DNA of 64,000 nt. Origin: an uncultured Planctomycetales bacterium (lineage in GTDB: Bacteria; Planctomycetota; Phycisphaerae; SM23-33). Under the pieces are notes generated by a model, which was not told the DNA's origin, did not search any database, and worked only from the letters and a program-made list of their open reading frames with translations. Made by a program: the position numbers and the translations under genes. The stretch lies in NCBI GenBank assembly GCA_965602635.1, contig CBFCZU010000001.1, forward strand, positions 3,522-67,521, read 5' to 3'. Below, piece by piece: positions 57,753-64,000 of the stretch (its first letter is position 1; each line of letters opens with the position of its first letter).

Positions 57753-60704
57753 TTAGTCCAAGACACTAACGCGAATCTCGAATGCTTCCGATTTTTTCAA
57801 CGTCACATAGGCGCGGACCGGCTTGTAGTTGTTCTCGAATCTCAGTTTATAGGGGTTGAACAACTTGTTGTCTTTCTGGATCTCTACGGGCCGGCTGCAC
57901 TCCAGGAGGACACTGTTGAATCTCAGCGTACTGTTGCCCTTCCGCACCTGGATATCGCTCGACCTGCGCACGCCGGGGAAGAAGCTGTAGACGACAGGCT
58001 CGTCTCCCTCGGCCGAGATGAGCTCGACGATTACCTTCGCGGCCTTGGGGCCTGTCACTTTGCAGCTGAGCTTGACCGAAAACGACTTGTAGGTCAGAAG
58101 CACGTCGTGCCCGTTGGCTGCCGATTGGATCTTGCCATCGGCGGGCAGGAACTCTGTCTGATCCTTCAACTTCCTCATGAAGGATCCGCCGGTGGGATGC
58201 TGCTGGGAGTTGTTCCCCCACAGAATCGGTCCAGCCTTCGCGTGGTGGATCTCTATGGCGTTCTGCGGGTCCAGCACGTACTTGTCGATAATGGGTTCCA
58301 GAGACACAGCCGACATGCCATATATGAATCCTTGCTGCCTTGCAATGAGGGCTTTGTTCTTGAGGAAATAGAACTCTTTCTCTTGCGGCCAGTCCCGTTC
58401 GTCGCCCGGCATGAAGTAGTTGGCAATGTCTGCGGCGCCACTCCAGAAGCCAGGCCCGGCCTGGCTTGGCCGACGATCGGGGTTGATGACATGAAGCAGT
58501 CTGACGCGCGCGAGTCTTCGGCCCTGCGGCGTCAGCGACAGGACGAAATCGCCCTCGCCGATCATTGGAAGCATGTAATAATTCTGGCGTCCGTCGTGCA
58601 GGCAGATCTTGAAGCCGTCGGGCAGGGAGGTCTGACAGCCGAATCGTACGCAATCGAGAAGTGCCGGTAGGACCTGCTTGTCGCGGCTGCGAAAATAGTA
58701 GTGTCCTACCGCGCTCATTGTTGTCCAGGTGTAAGCTGTAGCGGAAATGCCTTCTCGTTCTGCGAATTGGCCGTTTTCAGCGTGTCTGGCCAGACCTCGC
58801 ATCAGCTTTCGCCCATATCGCCGCCACTCGGGCCTATCAAACACTACACCGGCTGTATAGACGCTGGAAAGGTAGTGAGAGAACACATTCGTGCCGGTCC
58901 CCACGTCCCGCGTGTAGAATGTCTTGTTGTCGAGGGCCGGGGTGATCCAGATTCTAGCCAGTTCCTCCGACAGCTTCAGCAGGCGCCTTCGCCAGTAGGC
59001 TGCCTGCTGAGGTGGGATGTCGTCCTTCAGCAATTCATAAGTCAGCAGATATGGCTGCACGTACCAGGCAGGTGGGCGTTCGAGCATCTTGTGCCAGTTT
59101 GCCGGATCCAGCGCCTCCTCCATTCTCGCCCTGGCCTCGTTCAGGAAACGTTTGTCGCCCTTGTAGGGGTTCTCAGGCCAAGCGGACTTGTACACCACGG
59201 CGAGCGGATAGGCCATCCCGCCTGACGGAATGAACCTGTAGTAGTTGATGGCGTCGGCGAGTCCCGCCCTGTACATGGCTCGCGTGGGGAGCTTTTCGAT
59301 GCCCGGCCGAAAACGGTCGTACGCAACCTTACCTACGCCCAGAACGCAGGCTCGCAAGGCGGAAATCCGAATCGGTTTGGATTGATCCTCGCCGATAAGG
59401 GCCGTCGCCTCGATCTCTACCTCGCCGGTGACGGGGCTGTGAGGCAAGTCCAGCGTGTGTACGCCCGCCCTGAGATGGGCTACGCCCTTGCCCACAATCT
59501 TGCCTTGCCGTCGCGCCGTCAGCGTGGCTCTGGTCGATGTGCCGGCCGTGGTGTTCAGCGCGATGCGAAGTCGTATGGGCTTACTGACGTCATCCTGGAA
59601 AGGCTCAGTCACCGTAAGGATAAGGCCCCTGCGTACCTCGGCTGCGTACTGTACAGCTTGCGAACCATCCGGCGCCTGTATCTTCAGCCGTGCGGTACCA
59701 TGGCGCCCTATCGGGACAATGGCCTTGCCGCCGGGATCGACGACAATTGCCTTACCGTCGACGAAAAAGGTGTAACCGTCTCGCCAATGCTCCAGCAGAA
59801 TATTGTTGACGCCAATGGCCAGGCTGGACGATGGCTTTATCCGCGGGCGCGGCCGGGCCGGGCGATTGACTACAGTCAACGGGTTGAAGCGGTGCGGCAT
59901 GTTCGTGGGATATCTGAGGCGGTCAAGGCCCTTCCAGAGGTCTACCCAGGCATACTCGGACCGGTCGGCCGGCCGATTGCGGACAACATTGCCATAGAGC
60001 GTCTTATCCGGCAGATTGTGCTTCGCCAGCGGAAGAACAAGCCCAAGCCGCCAATTGTCCTTGCCGACCGCGGTTCGTACCGTGATCGAGGAGGTGTCAA
60101 CAGGCACAACGGCCGCTGGATAGTCGCCAGCAGAGCCTGGCTGTGGGTACGCCTGCCACTCAATATGGCGCCCCGATATGGTCCGATCGGCAACCAGGGC
60201 ACCGGCGGCGTTTATCAGCAGGTGAAGATAGGGATATGATCGGTCCGATTCCTCGGCAAGGAGCAACTCGATCGAGTCGTCCTGCCAGATATCCGTATCG
60301 TCCGCCCCCGGGGTAAGTGTTGTGATATCGGGCTCGAGGCATTCGGCAATGATATAGAGCGACCCCTTGTATCGCAGAAATCGCAAGGTTGTCCGTCGCT
60401 TGGGAGGCTCGGGCACGCCTTGCCTATAGAAGGGCGTCATCAGTTCCGCCGATTCCCAGACGCCCGATGCAAAAGCCTCGCCCAGATCGAGAGAGGGCGG
60501 GGTGTCAACTTGAAGAATCCTGTAGGCGGGCTCCATTGGCCAGATTGGCGCATGTTCGATCGCCTGGGACTCCTGGACGCCAAGGGCCGGCGCCCTGTCC
60601 TGGGTTGTGCCTGGCGAGTGCGGAGAACATGATACTAGAGGCAGCAACAGGCATAATGCCAGGAGGCTAATACCGCATAGAAACCTGGAGGACCGTGTGT
60701 TCAT
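57753..60704 (-). CDS. secreted polysaccharide-lyase-like lipoprotein (heparinase II/III-like core with CBM9-like N-domain), paralog 2
   Basis: 983 aa; lipoprotein signal MNTRSSRFLCGISLLALCLLLPLVSCSP; AGGAG RBS; homologous throughout to 51861-54827. Confidence 0.6.
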   Translation of the reverse strand: MNTRSSRFLCGISLLALCLLLPLVSCSPHSPGTTQDRAPALGVQESQAIEHAPIWPMEPAYRILQVDTPPSLDLGEAFASGVWESAELMTPFYRQGVPEPPKRRTTLRFLRYKGSLYIIAECLEPDITTLTPGADDTDIWQDDSIELLLAEESDRSYPYLHLLINAAGALVADRTISGRHIEWQAYPQPGSAGDYPAAVVPVDTSSITVRTAVGKDNWRLGLVLPLAKHNLPDKTLYGNVVRNRPADRSEYAWVDLWKGLDRLRYPTNMPHRFNPLTVVNRPARPRPRIKPSSSLAIGVNNILLEHWRDGYTFFVDGKAIVVDPGGKAIVPIGRHGTARLKIQAPDGSQAVQYAAEVRRGLILTVTEPFQDDVSKPIRLRIALNTTAGTSTRATLTARRQGKIVGKGVAHLRAGVHTLDLPHSPVTGEVEIEATALIGEDQSKPIRISALRACVLGVGKVAYDRFRPGIEKLPTRAMYRAGLADAINYYRFIPSGGMAYPLAVVYKSAWPENPYKGDKRFLNEARARMEEALDPANWHKMLERPPAWYVQPYLLTYELLKDDIPPQQAAYWRRRLLKLSEELARIWITPALDNKTFYTRDVGTGTNVFSHYLSSVYTAGVVFDRPEWRRYGRKLMRGLARHAENGQFAEREGISATAYTWTTMSAVGHYYFRSRDKQVLPALLDCVRFGCQTSLPDGFKICLHDGRQNYYMLPMIGEGDFVLSLTPQGRRLARVRLLHVINPDRRPSQAGPGFWSGAADIANYFMPGDERDWPQEKEFYFLKNKALIARQQGFIYGMSAVSLEPIIDKYVLDPQNAIEIHHAKAGPILWGNNSQQHPTGGSFMRKLKDQTEFLPADGKIQSAANGHDVLLTYKSFSVKLSCKVTGPKAAKVIVELISAEGDEPVVYSFFPGVRRSSDIQVRKGNSTLRFNSVLLECSRPVEIQKDNKLFNPYKLRFENNYKPVRAYVTLKKSEAFEIRVSVLD

Positions 60705-60843
60705 TCTTTTTCTCCTAGCCCACCTTATTCACGAAGTAACGAGCCTAGCGGGCGCAAGTGGTATGAACTGACAAGGTTACGACAAGAATCCGGCGGCTTA
60801 CGCCATACTTCGTTACGGCCGCGGAGCGGCGTTGACAGTCTGT

Positions 60844-61611
60844 TCAGGAAGATCGGACCGCCAGCATGCACCAGGTGTGAACAAAGGTGCTCTCGCTGCC
60901 GTGGAAACTCAGTTCAATGCCGGCGGTTCGCCCGGTCTCGCAATAGGCCCTCATGACCCCCAATACCAGGTCTGCTCGCCCCGGACTGTTGGTGATCGCA
61001 ATCCAATCCTTGAAGTCACGCCGGGTCCTCCATACGCGATCGGAGACAACTTGCAGGTCAAGTTGCCGGACGATGCCGTGCAGTTCCGATATCGGCATGG
61101 CGCGGACATGGGATGGATCGCGCAGGGTCTCCAGGGCGTTGTGCAGGCCGGCTTCCACCTTGTTCTCGCTCGTCACGATGTCAGCCAGGACAACCATGCC
61201 CCGGCGTCTGGTCACGCGGCGGAGTTCCGCGACGGCCCGAATCGGGTCCTCCAGGTGATGCAGGGCCAGTCGGCAGAAGGAGGCATCGAAATGCCCATCG
61301 GGATACGGGATGCTATCGATGTCCCCACACGCGAACTCCACGTTGCAGGCATGCGCGTCGCGGCATCTTTGTCGAGCCAGATCCAGCATCCGCTCGGTCA
61401 GGTCCAGAGCGACAAGTCGCCCGACTATCGGCGCGACCGCCACAGACAGAAGGCCCGGGCCACAACAGGCATCCAGGACAACGTCGTCAGCCTGTACGCC
61501 GCTGGCCGACAGGATGTGGTTGATGGATTCCTTCTGTCGGAGAGACAGCGACGCGGCGAAAGCCTCCGCCTGTGCAGCGAACTCTCTCTGAACGCGCTGC
61601 CTATGGTCCAT
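60844..61611 (-). CDS. class I SAM-dependent methyltransferase (Methyltransf_11/UbiE-like)
   Basis: 256 aa from MDHRQRVQREF… (ORF-track start is 61824); SAM motif I …VVLDACCGPGLLS…, post-I …ALDLTERML…, motif II …HFDASFCRLALHHL…. Confidence 0.7.
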   Translation of the reverse strand: MDHRQRVQREFAAQAEAFAASLSLRQKESINHILSASGVQADDVVLDACCGPGLLSVAVAPIVGRLVALDLTERMLDLARQRCRDAHACNVEFACGDIDSIPYPDGHFDASFCRLALHHLEDPIRAVAELRRVTRRRGMVVLADIVTSENKVEAGLHNALETLRDPSHVRAMPISELHGIVRQLDLQVVSDRVWRTRRDFKDWIAITNSPGRADLVLGVMRAYCETGRTAGIELSFHGSESTFVHTWCMLAVRSS

Positions 61612-61882
61612 CCGAAAGGGCCTCCTCGGGTATCGGGCAGCCAGGCGGCTGGCCAGAGGAGGTTCGCTGCATCTGGCCACCAGCCGGACGCTGAGCATAG
61701 CCATCTTCTCAAGCCCCGGCAAGTGAACTGACGCATGGAACGGACCAACGCAATCAGAGCCGGCCGCGCCTATGTGGAGCTGTTCACCAAGGACGGCCGA
61801 CTGGTGAAGGGCTTGCCCCTCCAAATTCCGTCCGCAGGATCGCTCCTACGGCTTCTGGCACGGCTCGTAGCCCGTCGCTACA

Positions 61883-61990
61883 ATGCCCCGTCCCATGAGA
61901 CCTTGGACATTCTTTCTGGCAGCCATCGCGGGATGGATGAACCGCAGGCAGCAGGAGGTCATCGAGTATCTCAGGGAGGAGAGCGGCCGG
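61883..61990 (+). pseudogene. second, internally deleted remnant of the same transposase N-terminus
   Basis: MPRPMRPWTFFLAAIAGWMNRRQQEVIEYLREE then a ~150-bp deletion relative to 55131-55390; DNA similarity is obvious on alignment. Confidence 0.45.
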
Positions 61991-62386
61991 GCGGACTGCT
62001 CAGGAGCCACTGCCGCGAGGCGGCCTGAGGCTCGGACGCAACCTGGAACCCCTGCTGTCTTGCAGTGCAGCAGCCCAGCAAGAGCTCCTGCCGAACGAAC
62101 GCTTCTCACTGCCCACTCTCTTGGGGCTGCAGCGATGGCAATGCATCTGTCGTAGGCAAGAGACGCCGTTCGATTGAGGCCGTCAGCGAAGCTGCATGCG
62201 CTGCCGTTTCTCGGACCTGCTCTGCCCCGTTCAGACGACTACCGGGACTACCGGATTAAGGTCGAAATACCGCGTCTACTCGCAACTGTATGCGTCTGTT
62301 TGCTACCCTTTGCGAAAGTGCCCCAACCTGGTAAGATATTGTAGGCAAAGCACTCATGGGCTTTTCGGCGGAGTGCTTACGTCGCC

Positions 62387-62586
62387 TCATAACCCGGAGG
62401 TCGCGGCCATTAGTGCGGCACGACCGGCAAAGAAGCCTCGAACGAACAACCACACTGCCTGAAGAACGGCCATCCCTGAACCTCCGTTGCCGAGATAAAC
62501 AGCCGGATCCTACGGCCGATGAGGCTCTGCGGCAACGGTGCAAGCCCTTCACCTGCAAGGTGGACGGAGTTTTCGGGAGGGACAGG
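62387..62586 (+). repeat. third tRNA-Met-like att-like core (62387-62406) abutting a solo copy (62405-62586) of the 182-bp left end of the IS at 39431-39612
   Basis: 62405-62586 appears identical to 39431-39612, including the transposase ATG on the minus strand, which is truncated after a few codons here. Confidence 0.65.
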
Positions 62587-62769
62587 GCGGAGTGGTTGAC
62601 AAGAGCAATGGCTCGAGGTCGTCCTGGTCCACGAAGAAACCTACGGTTCTCATAACCGACCTCGTAGCCCCTTGTCAGCCACGCGAGGGCCGGCTATCCT
62701 TGCGAGCATTCCGGGGCTGCATTGGCTCCTCGCGGACGACAGCAATATGCCTCTTGCAAGGAGCGCAGG

Positions 62770-63594
62770 ATGGACAAGCTACAGTTCGAGCCGATGACGG
62801 TGGGGCAGATTCTGGACAGGACATTCAGGCTTTGGCGAGCTAACTTCGTGCGATACATCGCCATGGTCGCCGTGGTGCTCGTCCCGCTCCGTATCGTCCA
62901 GTTCTTCTGGCAGACGGCTTTGATAGGGGCTGCGAACGCACGTGACCCGTCGCTGGCAGTGCCCATCATCGGGGCCATCGTCGTTATCATCCTAGCCGTA
63001 GTGGGCCAGAACCTCAGTCGCGCGGCGTTGATGAAGAGCATCTCGGAGTCGTACCTGGGCGGTGAGGCGACGGTCGGTCAATCGTACCGCGCGATCCTGC
63101 CGAGGCTGGGCGGCGTGATCCTGGCCTCCGTCATGGTGGGTTTGGTGGTCGGCCTGGGGATCCTGCTTCTTGTCGTGCCGGGCATCATCTTTTCCCTCTG
63201 GTATGCGCTGACGATCCCCGTGCTGATCCTGGAAGGCAGCAAGGCCGGCGCGTCCATGGGCCGCAGCAGGGCGCTAGTGTCCGGCAACCTCGGGAAGGTG
63301 TTCGTCCTAGCCCTCGTGGTGTTCCTCATCACGTGGATCATTAGTGCGGCCTTCGGCCTGATCGGAAGGCAAGTCGGGCTGGCCGTCAGCGGCCAAAGCG
63401 TACGCCTCTTCACATTTGTGTCCAGCCTGTTCTCGCTCGTCAGCGAGATCCTGACTGTGCCGATCAGCGCGGCCGCCTATATCCTGCTCTACTATGACCT
63501 GCGAATTCGCAAAGAAGGCTTCGACCTGGAGATGCTCGCCCAGAGCCTCCGGACCAAGGGGACAATCGCCGATGCGCCGCCGACCACACCGTAG
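62770..63594 (+). CDS. polytopic membrane protein, unknown function (DUF975-like)
   Basis: 275 aa from MDKLQFEPMTVGQILDRTF… (AGGAG RBS); 5-6 TM helices. Confidence 0.5.
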   Translation: MDKLQFEPMTVGQILDRTFRLWRANFVRYIAMVAVVLVPLRIVQFFWQTALIGAANARDPSLAVPIIGAIVVIILAVVGQNLSRAALMKSISESYLGGEATVGQSYRAILPRLGGVILASVMVGLVVGLGILLLVVPGIIFSLWYALTIPVLILEGSKAGASMGRSRALVSGNLGKVFVLALVVFLITWIISAAFGLIGRQVGLAVSGQSVRLFTFVSSLFSLVSEILTVPISAAAYILLYYDLRIRKEGFDLEMLAQSLRTKGTIADAPPTTP

Positions 63595-63597
63595 GGG

Positions 63598-64000
63598 CCG
63601 ACACGCAGTACCAGCGGCGGCGACCGTGCTGGTGGCCCTGCTGTGGGCGCCCGGCGGTGTGGCCGAGGCGGCCGGTTTGCAGTGGGCCCAACGCTCCGGT
63701 CAGAGGCTGCGCGCCCGTGCCCCCGGAGAGGCGCCTTTCGACTCGGGTCCCCGGCGCGACCTAGCCCAATGGACAAGCGGGCGGGCAGACGATGCCACCA
63801 TTCGCCAGGAGACTCAACGGGTCGTCTCGCAACCGCGGTTCGCCGCGCGATGGAACTTCTGGGAATGGCTGGGTGGGAGACTCTCGCGATTGCTGCGCTT
63901 AGCCCAGCCGGCAGGTATTTGGGGCAAGGTCGTCTTCTGGATCGTAGTCCCCTGGTGCGTTCTGGCGCTCCTGGTAATCCTGGGGCATCTTGTCTGGACG
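63598..64000 (+). CDS. partial CDS running off the window end; hypothetical, N-terminal hydrophobic segment
   Basis: Frame 1 is open from 63598 to the window end (…AATVLVALLWAPGGVAEAAG…WNFWEWLGGRLSRLLRLAQPAG…VVPWCVLALLVILG…). Start not identified; may be a GC artefact. Confidence 0.25.

Overview
This is a high-GC (~68-70%) chromosomal window from a Gram-negative bacterium. Four PEP-CTERM proteins and a Planctomycetes/Verrucomicrobia-like gene content point to an exosortase-bearing lineage. The first ~38 kb looks like core genome. In order it holds: a DedA-family membrane protein; a phoH / 7TM-HD phosphohydrolase pair; cdsA; a GH20-like glycosidase; a CBS-domain cation/H+ antiporter; apbE overlapping the start of a secreted beta-propeller gene; an MBOAT plus two AlgJ/AlgX-like SGNH genes (a polysaccharide or peptidoglycan O-acetylation module); a MITE-like element; an Fe(III)-type ABC binding protein and an FbpB-like permease that reads straight into an NHL-repeat domain; a MoxR / DUF58 / BatA-like VWA cluster; an ABC-2 exporter; the anmK-murQ-SSS-transporter peptidoglycan-recycling operon; and tRNA-Arg(ACG) with a terminator. 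A defective IS481-like insertion sequence sits immediately downstream of the tRNA. After it comes an accessory island of PEP-CTERM genes (HAF, Kelch, beta-propeller and FGE-sulfatase domains). One 3.2-kb ORF in that island contains two internal PEP-CTERM motifs, each followed directly by a new signal-peptide-like helix, so it reads as a tandem PEP-CTERM polyprotein. The island also carries a frameshift, a 70/73-identical shared 3' cassette and a recurring REP-like hairpin. The last ~15 kb holds two paralogous ~1000-aa polysaccharide-lyase-like genes, a PQQ-repeat propeller, a SAM methyltransferase, transposase N-terminal remnants, a solo IS end, and three copies of a tRNA-Met-like 19-bp att-like core flanking an AT-rich tandem-repeat patch. 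Many long antisense or overlapping ORFs in the six-frame track are GC artefacts and are not called.
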